From positions 1-61,170 of the IMG/VR virus record IMGVR_UViG_3300026039_000012: DNA of 61,170 bases; one strand, given 5' to 3'. The DNA is from a virus. Lineage: Duplodnaviria > Caudoviricetes. Position 1 is the first letter of the stretch. Each line of letters opens with the position of its first letter. The notes beneath the pieces are model-generated. The model had not been told where the DNA came from and made no database searches. It was given only the letters and a program-made list of their open reading frames with translations. The position numbers were made by a program, and so were the translations under genes. This document shows, one piece after another, positions 8,531 through 17,557 of this stretch.

Positions 8531-10284
8531 TCGTCTGTCGGCCCCGGCTGCTCAGGCTCGCCAGGCTGAGGGAGGGGGCCGGCACCTGGCTCCATCTGGT
8601 CAGGGTCGTCGGTCTCACCCTCTCCGGACCCGCCCCCCGAGGTTTCCGACGTCTCTCCCGAGGGGAGCAGATCCTCCGGGGAGATGTCCGGAACGTTTCC
8701 GTTCAGAACGGCGCGGATCTGAGCGACGATCGCAGGAAGTCCCGGCTCAGACATCAGGCTCGGCGCCTTCGCGACGATGTCGAGAGCCATCGTGACCTCG
8801 ATCGGGTGAACCTTGTTCTCTCCGTCTGTCGCAGTCGGAGCGTCACTCTCGTCGAAGCCCGACGTCTTCCGGAGCGCTTCGGCGCTGATCACGCCACGCT
8901 CGTGAAGCACGAGAGCATCCTGCGAAGCCGTAGGCCGGACGACGAGGCCGGAGACGTCGAACCAGATAACCAGGTCCCGGATCTGCTCCGGGGTCTTGCC
9001 CTGGTCGAGTAGAACAGGCCAGAGGTACTGAGAGGTCAGCGCGTCACAGATCAGCGCAAGGGGGGGTTTCAGGTGCGTCGAGACGACGTCATCCTGGACC
9101 AGCCAGGCACCCCAATGGTTCGTCCCTGACGTCCCCAGGAGGATCTCCGGGGGAGCATCGAGACCGAGAGCCAGACGCCGGAGAGACTGATCTACGCGGT
9201 CCCCGGTGTACTCATCGAGCGGAGTAGCGAACGACAGGTGTCGGATCAGCTCTGCCGACTCGTCCGGGACGGTCGCGACGAGGGGGACGACAGCCGACGC
9301 TGACGAGCGGTCCTTGATCGGCGTCAGCATCGCCTCGATCAAGGCACTGGTGAACGGGTCTTCCTCGCTGTCCTCCGGCAGCCCCATGGCGACCTTCAGT
9401 GCACGGGATGCCGACGTCGGGACGACCAGGACCCCGGCACCCGCAAGGCGCGAGTCCACCTCAGCGCCGGTTCGCATCGTCAGGCCGACGAGCTGTCGGA
9501 GGACAGGGAGGCTCGACCTGGTCGGGCTGTCTGCCTGCCACGAGCGTCGAGGGTGCGGACGCCACACGCGGATCAGGAACAGGTCGTCAGGCGAGCAGTT
9601 CACCCACTCTGCCGAGTGCTCACCGAGCTTGAGCTGAACCTGCCCACTCGACAGGAGGGCCACCTCACTAAGCGAGAGCATCCTCCAGTCCAGGTCAGTG
9701 ATCTTGTACGTACCTGCCTGGAGGAAGTCGTCAAGAGACGGAGTGATCTCCTGCCCCGTGTCGGGGTCAACCTGAGCCGTGGGGTTCGTGAGCAGAAGCC
9801 TGTCTGTCGACTGCCCTGCATCACCGAGAGCCTGAGGATCTTCCTGTTGCATCTTCTCCGGGATGGTCCGGAGATCCTTCGGGATCAGCTTCGAGGGGAT
9901 CCCGACCAGCCAGCCGTCCCCGGCAACGAACAGGTTGACTCCGAGCCGAGTGAACATCTGGTGTCGAGCAGACTCGGTGCCACCGAGAGCGTCGAGGATC
10001 TCCGTCAGGTCGGCATCTTCGACCGGCTCCGGGTCCTGTGTCCTGTCGTCTGAGAGCTTCCCGACGTAGAACTTCGCCGAGCTCATGCGCATGGCCAGTG
10101 TCGTCGCGAGGAACCGCAGCTCTCCAACGAGGGAGAACATGTCCCAGGCGTCCTCCTGCCAGCCCTCTGTCGAGACAGACCAGCCGGTTCGGGTCATGTT
10201 CCGGGCTGTGATCCTCCGAGCCGAGGCAGTCAGACTGTCCAGCGGGCGCGGGTCCTCTGGTGTACGCCGTTCGCTGTCAGTCAT
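8527..10284 (-). CDS. Portal protein
   Basis: WQEDAWDMF..VGELRF, VWRPHPRR..QADSPTRS, SRLAGAGVL, RRLALGLDAPPEILLG...NHWGAW motifs of actinophage portals; start taken at MTDSER. Confidence 0.88.
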   Translation of the reverse strand: MTDSERRTPEDPRPLDSLTASARRITARNMTRTGWSVSTEGWQEDAWDMFSLVGELRFLATTLAMRMSSAKFYVGKLSDDRTQDPEPVEDADLTEILDALGGTESARHQMFTRLGVNLFVAGDGWLVGIPSKLIPKDLRTIPEKMQQEDPQALGDAGQSTDRLLLTNPTAQVDPDTGQEITPSLDDFLQAGTYKITDLDWRMLSLSEVALLSSGQVQLKLGEHSAEWVNCSPDDLFLIRVWRPHPRRSWQADSPTRSSLPVLRQLVGLTMRTGAEVDSRLAGAGVLVVPTSASRALKVAMGLPEDSEEDPFTSALIEAMLTPIKDRSSASAVVPLVATVPDESAELIRHLSFATPLDEYTGDRVDQSLRRLALGLDAPPEILLGTSGTNHWGAWLVQDDVVSTHLKPPLALICDALTSQYLWPVLLDQGKTPEQIRDLVIWFDVSGLVVRPTASQDALVLHERGVISAEALRKTSGFDESDAPTATDGENKVHPIEVTMALDIVAKAPSLMSEPGLPAIVAQIRAVLNGNVPDISPEDLLPSGETSETSGGGSGEGETDDPDQMEPGAGPLPQPGEPEQPGPTDE

Positions 10285-10306
10285 GCCTGCCCCGGCTCTG
10301 TGAGGG

Positions 10307-10660
10307 TTACCTGGTTGGTTGACGAGGCACTGAGTACCTCGGCCCCAGGATAGAGGCGAGATCATCGTCAAGAGCGGTACGAGGCTCGACGTACGTGAAC
10401 GTCTCGTGGAACAGGTCGTCACTCATGACCTGATATCGACCTCGATCGAGCACGATCCAATCCCCAGCGCGAGCAACTACGGTCAACGCCGCTCCGCCGG
10501 AGACCACGATGCAGTACGTCCTGATGTCGCCCTCTGCCCCTCGGAACACGCCGTGACACCAGTCAGCGACAGCACCCCAGGGGGTGGAGTCGTCGAGCTG
10601 GACAGCCTGTACGAGCGGACGACGGTAGATGCCTGGTGTAAATCTCTGCGGATCCATCAC
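10307..10660 (-). CDS. Small beta protein of the (KKP)VxAVQ...GDWI...FxxTY phage family, possibly an Acb4-like nucleotide sponge
   Basis: YRRPLVQAVQL...VARAGDWIVLDRGRYQVMSDDLFHETFTYV. Confidence 0.6.
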   Translation of the reverse strand: MMDPQRFTPGIYRRPLVQAVQLDDSTPWGAVADWCHGVFRGAEGDIRTYCIVVSGGAALTVVARAGDWIVLDRGRYQVMSDDLFHETFTYVEPRTALDDDLASILGPRYSVPRQPTR

Positions 10661-10679
10661 GTTTCCCCTGTGCCGAGTG

Positions 10680-11039
10680 TCAGGCGTCCCAGTCGAGACG
10701 TGAGCTGACGTGTGCAGTGACGTAGTTGACGGTCAGCGCTGACGCACCCAGACGCCACGCTGTGAGACGCCGGAGGCGCCGTGCTGTGAAGTAGCTCGCG
10801 ACGACAGCGAACGTCAGATGGAACCCGACGCAGAACGGGCAGTCGAAGCCCTCTGAGTACTTCCCGAGACCAAGGCTGTCGAGTCGAGCGGATAGTGGGT
10901 CAGCGACCCACCACCGTCCGAGATCATCCACGGTGACGAGACGAGTCAGCCGGATCGACGCTCCGACGATCAGCGCGATGTCCACAAGGTTGTCCACAGC
11001 CTGTGGATATCCATGATCAGACGTCTTCCTCATCCTCAT
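10680..11039 (-). CDS. DUF1360-like membrane protein
   Basis: ASIRLTRLVTVDDL...CPFCVGFHL signature with hydrophobic helices; exact start uncertain. Confidence 0.7.
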   Translation of the reverse strand: MRMRKTSDHGYPQAVDNLVDIALIVGASIRLTRLVTVDDLGRWWVADPLSARLDSLGLGKYSEGFDCPFCVGFHLTFAVVASYFTARRLRRLTAWRLGASALTVNYVTAHVSSRLDWDA

Positions 11040-11478
11040 CCTCGCCCTCCTCGTCCATCTCTGGGCTGGTCACGGTGTACCCGTCGTAGGGGTTCGTGAC
11101 CGTCATCTGCCGAGCCGCTGGTCTGGTACGCCACCCACTGGGGTTGGCTCTGAACGCGCCGATGATCTGCGTGGTGGTTTTCACCCACTCGGAGCGCAGG
11201 TGACACGCCAGACACATCACAGAGTCGTGAGGACTGTCTGCGAGTACCCGGTAAACGCACTCCGGAGAGATGTGATCCGGGAGCATGTCGACCAGGTGGA
11301 CCAGGTCATCGTGGTCGTGAATCTCAGGCGATCCGATACAGACCAGAGCTCCGGAATCAGCCGTGACCTTCAGGTTTCGACCGCAGATCAGACACCGAAG
11401 TGGGTTGTCTCTGTCCAGGGCGTGGACGTAGTCGAGCAGCTTCCGCACCTGAGTTGTCGTCATCGTTGGATCGGTCAT
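11017..11478 (-). CDS. Hypothetical Cys-rich (CxxC) protein
   Basis: CLIC and CLAC pairs; ATGA overlap with the upstream gene. Confidence 0.55.
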   Translation of the reverse strand: MTDPTMTTTQVRKLLDYVHALDRDNPLRCLICGRNLKVTADSGALVCIGSPEIHDHDDLVHLVDMLPDHISPECVYRVLADSPHDSVMCLACHLRSEWVKTTTQIIGAFRANPSGWRTRPAARQMTVTNPYDGYTVTSPEMDEEGEDEDEEDV

Positions 11479-11951
11479 TGCACCTCCAGACAGATCAGGA
11501 AGACCCTCAGCGCTGCCAGGGCTCCGGCAGTCGCAAGGAACACCGGGAACAGGATCATCCGCTCGAACCAGCCGTCTGTGTGGATCCACAGCCAGTCAGG
11601 GACCGTCAGGCGACACCTGAGAATCTTCGACGGGATTCCCCGCCGGCCAGAGAAGATGTCGAGCAGGAGATGAGACCCCCACCCGACAGCCAGGGAGAAG
11701 GGGACCCAGTAGAGAGGAAGTCCTGGGAGAGCCATCACAGCGGCCAGGACTCCGAGAGCGAGCGGGATCTCCAGGAGATGAGTCTTCCCCCGGTGACCGA
11801 TGCCCAGTGAGAGATCCATGTCGGGACTGAACGACCCTCCTCCGGAGTAGTAGGCGAGAGCTGTACCCGCAGCAAGCGGAAGCGGGTCGGAGGGGGCGAC
11901 GGCCAGCCAGAGTGCGGCAGCCGCCAGGCGGTGCGTGGACTTCATACACAT
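11475..11951 (-). CDS. Membrane-bound metal-dependent hydrolase (YdjM/DUF457-like)
   Basis: THR...SPDMDL...HRGKTH...SHLLLDIFS..GIP motif set with hydrophobic segments. Confidence 0.78.
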   Translation of the reverse strand: MCMKSTHRLAAAALWLAVAPSDPLPLAAGTALAYYSGGGSFSPDMDLSLGIGHRGKTHLLEIPLALGVLAAVMALPGLPLYWVPFSLAVGWGSHLLLDIFSGRRGIPSKILRCRLTVPDWLWIHTDGWFERMILFPVFLATAGALAALRVFLICLEVQ

Positions 11952-11964
11952 GATCGTTCCCCGT

Positions 11965-12474
11965 TTACCTCGTGTACCACCAGGACCGAATCGGGCCGGT
12001 CGTCTTGCCCGTCGAAACCATGCGCTCAACGATCCGGCGCTCACGCCGATGGATCTGCTCCTCCCTTCGCTCACGCCTCTTGATCTTGCGAAGCCGGTTG
12101 AGAGCCTTCGACCGCCGGTTGCGCTGAGCCGTCTTCCGGTTGAGGGCATCGACGTCACGTGACCACCCGAACAACCAGTCATCGACTGTCTGACGACGCT
12201 TCACGGATCGGCGGTGGTCTGCCCATCTGTCTGCTGTGCTGCGCTCGCAGTCCGGCACCCAGCGCTGAAGCTTCACTCGGCCGTGGAGCACGACCGGCCG
12301 GTGATTCTTGGGCCGCAGCAGATCGAACACACGTCCGGCGGTCAAGCAGGCACGACACACAAGCTGCCCGTCCGTCGTCGGGATGATCGACGGGCTTCCG
12401 CAGACCGGACAGGAGTACGTCCCATTGGCGTCCACAACGACTTCGTAACGATTCGACCCCGTACGTCTCTTCAC
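11965..12474 (-). CDS. Zinc-ribbon and Arg-rich hypothetical protein
   Basis: CPVCGS...LVCRAC; GTG start with GAGGGAGG RBS just downstream of a promoter motif. Confidence 0.6.
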   Translation of the reverse strand: MKRRTGSNRYEVVVDANGTYSCPVCGSPSIIPTTDGQLVCRACLTAGRVFDLLRPKNHRPVVLHGRVKLQRWVPDCERSTADRWADHRRSVKRRQTVDDWLFGWSRDVDALNRKTAQRNRRSKALNRLRKIKRRERREEQIHRRERRIVERMVSTGKTTGPIRSWWYTR

Positions 12475-12496
12475 TGGGAATCCTCCCTCTCGCACT

Positions 12497-12522
12497 TATG
12501 TAGTCGTACTGTAACACACAAG
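12497..12522 (-). promoter_or_regulatory. Repeated promoter/operator, copy 1
   Basis: TGTAgtcgtacTGTAACACAC; the minus strand reads TGTG-T-TACAGT (extended -10). Confidence 0.75.
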
Positions 12523-12539
12523 CGGCTCGAAAGGACTAC

Positions 12540-14234
12540 TCAGCGCCCCGTTGTAGTGACTCGCCGGAGGCCTCTGGGGGAGTTGATCCGTGGGTCAGAC
12601 GGACGTGACCGGATCGGCCGTCCGGGAGCACCTGGGGAGGGGGAGGCAGACGATGCACCAGGAACCGTCAGAGAGGCAGAGCCACGCTCACGGAACTCGG
12701 TCAACGCCTGGGTGAGCGTGTCCACCTGGTCGTCGTTCTTCGCAGACGGGAAATCCCTCAGCTCTGGAAGGAGGTGCTGAAGTACCCAAGCGTTGCCGGG
12801 GTCGCGCGGGTGGGGTAGGTAGACATTCCCGCTCTGACACTCCGGTGTGACCGACCGCGCCCGCGCTTCCTTCGACGTCTTCGGGTTGATCGGCTTGAGT
12901 CCGGGGATCTCCTCGTGAAGCACGTCGAGAATCGCCGGACCGTTCGCCTTGTCCTCGATCAGTCGTTGATGGACGAACCTCCCGTGAGGTCCACCTCCGT
13001 GAGCCCAGGCTTTCATCTCGGAGATCGTCTGTGTGAACGACCAACGGCCACGTCGTTGAGCGATCAAGAACCGATTCGCCTTGACCTTCACCCAGCGCTG
13101 ACCAACGACCCAGTCGGAGGAGTCGAGCCCCTTGAAAGCACAGTCCCAGGAGTCGAGCCAACGCCCGCCGGCCAACGTGTCGGGGTCGAGGTAGACGACA
13201 CGACCGTCCTCGGTAGCTCGTGCCGGGTCTGTCGTCCAGAACCTCCACCAGTCAGTCGAGAAGATCGCACCCTGGGCCGGACTCGGCTTCTGCTGGTACA
13301 GCGCTGCCCAGACGTACTCACCAACGTTCCGCCGGACGTCCTCCAGCCTCTTGGTGGCGCTCTCGTCGTCTTCGTCAATGATCGGAGAGAGAAGCGGGGC
13401 ACCTACCTCACGACCGAGCTGGTCGCCCTCCTCTGCGACAGCGGGGAGCTCGACCACGGTCCAGTCAGCGGGATCGCCGTCGAACTCGGAGCTGAGCAGA
13501 CGGCCCACGATGTCGTCGTCGTGCCAGCGCGTGAGCGTGACGATGACGAGCGAGGGAGGCTCCAGGCGGGTCTGAGCGACAGAGCGCCACCAGTCCCAGA
13601 CAGCGTCACGAGCGATCAAGCTGTGAGCGCTCACTGCATCCTTGATCGGGTCGTCAATGCAGAGCACACGGCAGCCACGGCCTGTGAGGGACTCTCGGTA
13701 CGAGACAGCCATGAGCTTCCCCCGCTCGGTCGTCTCCCACTCCGAGACTGCCCCGGCGTCCGGAGCGACGCGCACACCTGGACCGAGAAGACCCGCTTCG
13801 ACCCAACGCCGGATCTGCCGTCCCCAGCTGGTGGCCAGCGACGGGTCGTGGCTGACGAGAGCAACCGACCACGACGGATGCAGCGCAAGGATCCACGCTG
13901 GGGTGAGCATCGTCAGCATCGTCGTCTTGCCCGACCTCGGAGGCATCTGAACGATGATCTTCCGGTCGATCCCGTTCTCGACGTCGTGCAAGGCATCGAC
14001 GATGACCGACGACAGATACTCCAGCTGGGGACGGACCCGGAACGGCTCACCGAGTGCGTACGCCTGTTCGATCGGAGAGGCCGGGAGCGTGGCCGACTCG
14101 ATCCCTCCCAGACTGTCGAGCAGAGCTGACGCTGCGAGCGGGGGCAGAGAGTCCACCAACTCTCCGATCTGAGCAGGGCTCAGCCCTGAGAGCATGTGCC
14201 GGATGTCGTCATCCGACCCGGTGAGAGCAGCCAC
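12540..14234 (-). CDS. terL: Terminase large subunit
   Basis: MPPRSGKT Walker A, LCIDDPIKD Walker B, TRWHDDD, ALYQQKP, DSWDCAFK, IEDKANG and FPSAKNDDQVD nuclease motifs; start uncertain (ORF extends to 14318). Confidence 0.93.
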   Translation of the reverse strand: MAALTGSDDDIRHMLSGLSPAQIGELVDSLPPLAASALLDSLGGIESATLPASPIEQAYALGEPFRVRPQLEYLSSVIVDALHDVENGIDRKIIVQMPPRSGKTTMLTMLTPAWILALHPSWSVALVSHDPSLATSWGRQIRRWVEAGLLGPGVRVAPDAGAVSEWETTERGKLMAVSYRESLTGRGCRVLCIDDPIKDAVSAHSLIARDAVWDWWRSVAQTRLEPPSLVIVTLTRWHDDDIVGRLLSSEFDGDPADWTVVELPAVAEEGDQLGREVGAPLLSPIIDEDDESATKRLEDVRRNVGEYVWAALYQQKPSPAQGAIFSTDWWRFWTTDPARATEDGRVVYLDPDTLAGGRWLDSWDCAFKGLDSSDWVVGQRWVKVKANRFLIAQRRGRWSFTQTISEMKAWAHGGGPHGRFVHQRLIEDKANGPAILDVLHEEIPGLKPINPKTSKEARARSVTPECQSGNVYLPHPRDPGNAWVLQHLLPELRDFPSAKNDDQVDTLTQALTEFRERGSASLTVPGASSASPSPGAPGRPIRSRPSDPRINSPRGLRRVTTTGR

Positions 14235-14238
14235 GACG

Positions 14239-15252
14239 TCAGGGGGTGTCGACCGTTGCTCCGGGACCCTGTAGACGTCCACGGAACCAGTCGATGGTCC
14301 AGCGCAGACCCTCGTCACGAGAGATGACCGGGTCCCAGCCGAGTACCTCGTTCGCTCGCCGGATGTCCGGCAGTCTGCGCCGAGGGTCCTGCTCGGATGC
14401 AGGAAGGTAGTCGATCTCCGGCACCGTGCCGGGGTGGATCATCTGCCAGATCTCCGCAGCAAGATCAATGATCTTGACCTCGTCGGGATTCCCGACGTTG
14501 ATCGGGTGCGTGATGGCGCAGGGGTAGTCAGCCATCGAGAGCAGCCCGCGCACCGTGTCCGAGATGAAACACAGCGACCGTGTCTGCTCGCCGTTGCCGT
14601 GCACACTCAGTGGCTCCTCGTCGAGAGCCTGCCGGATGAACGTCGAGACGACACGCCCATCGTCGGGAGACATCCCCGGACCGTACGAGTTGAATATCCG
14701 CGCGATCCTGGTGGAAACCCCGCAGCGCTCTCGGTAGAGCGTGACGGCTACCTCCGCCGAGCGCTTCCCCTCGACGTAGCAGGCCCGGTCACACATGCTG
14801 TCGACGTAGCCCGGATCGGTCTCGACCTGGGGGCAGCGGAGCGGGTCGCCGTATACCTCCGACGTGCTCGCCTGAAGGAACGTCGCGCGGTTGATCAGCG
14901 CCAGGTCCAGGAGATTCATCACGCCGACCGACGACGCCGCAAGGGTCCCGAGGGGGTTGAGCCGGTACTGCACTGGGGACGCCGGGCACGCCAGGTTGAT
15001 GATCTTGTCACACCGAGGGACCAGGCGGTCCAAGCCCGGATCGGTGATGTCGTGCTCGATCACCTGAATCCGGTCACTGAACTTCGAGTAGCGCAGAGCG
15101 ATGAGAGTCGTCTGTGACCCAGTGCTGTAGTTATCGACGGCAATGACTCGACTGCCCCGCGACAGAAGCTCCCAGCAAATACGTCCACCGAGGAATCCTG
15201 CTGCTCCGGTAACCAGAACAGTTTCCATCGTGTAGTCAGGTGCGTCACTCAC
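14239..15252 (-). CDS. uxs: UDP-glucuronate decarboxylase (UDP-xylose synthase)-like SDR
   Basis: TGAAGFLG Rossmann motif, NLACPASPVQY, ASTSEVYGDP, RACYVEGKRSAE (YxxxK), RIFNSYGP, DDGRVVSTFIRQAL, DPRRRLPDI. Confidence 0.88.
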   Translation of the reverse strand: MSDAPDYTMETVLVTGAAGFLGGRICWELLSRGSRVIAVDNYSTGSQTTLIALRYSKFSDRIQVIEHDITDPGLDRLVPRCDKIINLACPASPVQYRLNPLGTLAASSVGVMNLLDLALINRATFLQASTSEVYGDPLRCPQVETDPGYVDSMCDRACYVEGKRSAEVAVTLYRERCGVSTRIARIFNSYGPGMSPDDGRVVSTFIRQALDEEPLSVHGNGEQTRSLCFISDTVRGLLSMADYPCAITHPINVGNPDEVKIIDLAAEIWQMIHPGTVPEIDYLPASEQDPRRRLPDIRRANEVLGWDPVISRDEGLRWTIDWFRGRLQGPGATVDTP

Positions 15253-16219
15253 TGGTTTCTTCCTCCTCTGACCGGGACCTGGTCGACCAGTGGCCCTTGG
15301 TGATGTTCAACGAGATGGCCGGAGAAGGTGTGGCGTCCTCGAACGGCACACACAGACGGCGCTGCCATGGCCTGTAGTCCACATGATGGTGCGTCCGGTT
15401 GAACCGCGTGACGACACGTGCGACGTCCGGATGGGCTCTGACCAGGACCAACGCCTTACGGAGGTGAGCGTCAGGACCCGCGTAGATGGTCGTGGTGTTC
15501 CCTCCCTTAGTCCGCATCGTCGTCGTCTTATTGACGATTCCGAATTTAGATAGGATCGTATTCCATCCTGCTTTCATTAAATCTAATGAAAGAATGGTGT
15601 CCTCGTTGTATACACCACGCCATCTCTGTGGAAGATCAGTCCGTATAAGATTGCATGAATATACACGAGTATTGACAAGAGGCGCATTCCCGTTGTTCTT
15701 AGGATTACAGAACATCATGTAATCCAATCCGCCCATTGCGACATTCCTATAACGACGCATCAATTCTTCCAGGTACCGGAGCGGACCGGCATCGCTGGCG
15801 AGCACCTTCCGTGCACCGTAGAACCACCCGAGATCAAGGTGATTGTCGTCCAGACACCAGTAGTACGAGTGCCCCTCTGACAGCGCGTGATCCCACGCGA
15901 AGTTCCGAGCCGGACCTGAGCCGCGCGAGGCGTCAGGTGGAAGGTCCCAGCAGGGGTCGTAGCTGCGCTGATACTCCGGATCGAGGGTCAGCACACGTCC
16001 GTACCCACCGAGACCTGAGACCTGCTCCTCGTAGAGCGACGTTTCGTCGTGCTCGACCACGAGAGTGAAGGGCACACGGATAGCCGAGAGCAGCCGGACA
16101 GTGCCGGAGACCAGGTCAGAGCGCCCCTTGCTCTGGATGTAGATCGGGAACAGGGGCATGACCGGCGAGAGCTGTCGATCAGAGGGCACCCAGACGTCAG
16201 AGATCGGGAGCATCGTCAT
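15245..16219 (-). CDS. TET-associated-type (TAGT/GREB1-related) glycosyltransferase
   Basis: PIYIQSKGR, GSGPARNFAWDH, WCLDDN, NTRVYSCNLI, WRGVYNEDTILSL, TMRTKGGNT, HPDV, RFNRTHHHVDY motifs. Confidence 0.8.
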   Translation of the reverse strand: MTMLPISDVWVPSDRQLSPVMPLFPIYIQSKGRSDLVSGTVRLLSAIRVPFTLVVEHDETSLYEEQVSGLGGYGRVLTLDPEYQRSYDPCWDLPPDASRGSGPARNFAWDHALSEGHSYYWCLDDNHLDLGWFYGARKVLASDAGPLRYLEELMRRYRNVAMGGLDYMMFCNPKNNGNAPLVNTRVYSCNLIRTDLPQRWRGVYNEDTILSLDLMKAGWNTILSKFGIVNKTTTMRTKGGNTTTIYAGPDAHLRKALVLVRAHPDVARVVTRFNRTHHHVDYRPWQRRLCVPFEDATPSPAISLNITKGHWSTRSRSEEEETSE

Positions 16220-17000
16220 CGTCCCCGATCACTGTCTGAGCCTGCTGCGTTGCGTCCCGGCGCCGCTCCGGCTGCTCGCCGTACCAGTAGCTCTCGGTCC
16301 CGTTGCCGGCCCCCCTCCGCATCGGCGTACCGATGAACTCGACGAGACGCCGGTACGCCTCTTCGTCGGAGACACGCACGACGAGCGTCCGGTACGCACC
16401 CAGGTCACGGATCGGGTGTCCTTCGAGCGGAGGTGGGGGAAGCGCATCACGCGCGAGACCAGGCATCCTCGGGTTGCTGAGGTCGTCCGGACCATCGTCA
16501 CCGGTCGGCACCCAGGCTGTGCTGAGGTACTCCTCTGCCTCGGTGAGTCGGCGCAGAGCCTCACGATCCTCATCCGTGAACCCGAGAGGGTAGTCGTCGT
16601 CCATCTCCTGAAGCTCATCGAGCAGGCTGAGCAGGGTCTCGTCAACCCACCCGCCCAGCTCCGTCGTCCTGTTCAGGGCGATGAGAGCAGCGTGAGCCTC
16701 CCGGTCCGACTTCGACGACCATCCGGTGACAACCGGAACGGTCCAGTACCCCTCTTCGTCGATGGACGCGCCGTTCGGGAGGGGTCCCTTGTTCTCGCAG
16801 ATCGAGAGCAGAGCCTTCCGTCGTCCGTGCCCTGAGACCAGGAACCCCGTCCTGCCGTCGATGACGAACGGCTCGATGATCGAGAAGTGCCGGATCGACT
16901 CCTCGATGGCCTTCTCGTCGTGGGCCTTCGGATTGCACGGGTCTTCCTTGAGGTCCGACAACCGCATGTACTCGATGCTGTGCGACTCGTACAGCTTCAC
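16197..17000 (-). CDS. ParB/Srx-like N-terminal domain protein (DNA-modification-cassette type)
   Basis: LSDLKEDPCNPKAHD...IEESIRHF..IEPFVID..TGFLVSGHGRRKAL...IALNRTTELGGW; no C-terminal HTH and no parA. Confidence 0.8.
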   Translation of the reverse strand: MKLYESHSIEYMRLSDLKEDPCNPKAHDEKAIEESIRHFSIIEPFVIDGRTGFLVSGHGRRKALLSICENKGPLPNGASIDEEGYWTVPVVTGWSSKSDREAHAALIALNRTTELGGWVDETLLSLLDELQEMDDDYPLGFTDEDREALRRLTEAEEYLSTAWVPTGDDGPDDLSNPRMPGLARDALPPPPLEGHPIRDLGAYRTLVVRVSDEEAYRRLVEFIGTPMRRGAGNGTESYWYGEQPERRRDATQQAQTVIGDDDDAPDL

Positions 17001-17011
17001 TGAGGATCTCC

Positions 17012-17470
17012 TCACTGCTGATCTCCCTGCTCATCGTCGTCGTCGTCCAGCGGGTCAGACGGGGCGTCGGCCACCCCTGCGTCACGTCCGTCGTTGTCCG
17101 CCTGGATCTCCAGGAGACGCTGAAAGAGCAGCTCACGCGCGTCCGCTGCCTCGATCTTCGTGACCCGACCCCAGCCAGCGCGGTCCAGGAGGCTGTTCGC
17201 CGCTGTCTGCTTGTCCCTCGACGTGTTCGACCTGTCGGCCATCTCCCGTGCCAGGGTGGCAATAGCAGGCTCTACCAGCGCTGCGAGCCTGAGCTTCGCT
17301 GCTCGTTTCGCTGCCGACGCCGCACCGCCGTGAGCCCTGCACACGTTCTGCCCACGCATCGCCGGGGCCATGCACGGCTCGCCCGTCTTACTCCTGTGTG
17401 CCGTGCACAACCGCCGGTTGAACTTGTCACGGCGGGGTTCGATGGGTGTCGAGACCCCATGAGGTTCCAT
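17012..17470 (-). CDS. terS: Terminase small subunit (HGGxS-motif protein)
   Basis: CTAHRSKTGEPC...VCRAHGGAA, then a helical region with AANSLLDRAG; upstream of the terL cluster. Confidence 0.65.
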   Translation of the reverse strand: MEPHGVSTPIEPRRDKFNRRLCTAHRSKTGEPCMAPAMRGQNVCRAHGGAASAAKRAAKLRLAALVEPAIATLAREMADRSNTSRDKQTAANSLLDRAGWGRVTKIEAADARELLFQRLLEIQADNDGRDAGVADAPSDPLDDDDDEQGDQQ

Positions 17471-17557
17471 GATCAACTTCCTCCCGCGTGGACCAGAGTC
17501 GCATCGTCTCATGATCCACGCAGGGTCAGCGTCAGCTGTGGAGGGGTTGAGCTGTAG

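Noticed and set aside
16197-17000. ParABS partition system
   Set aside because: Only the ParB/Srx N-terminal domain is present, with no HTH and no ParA; the context is the terminase/glycosyltransferase cassette.
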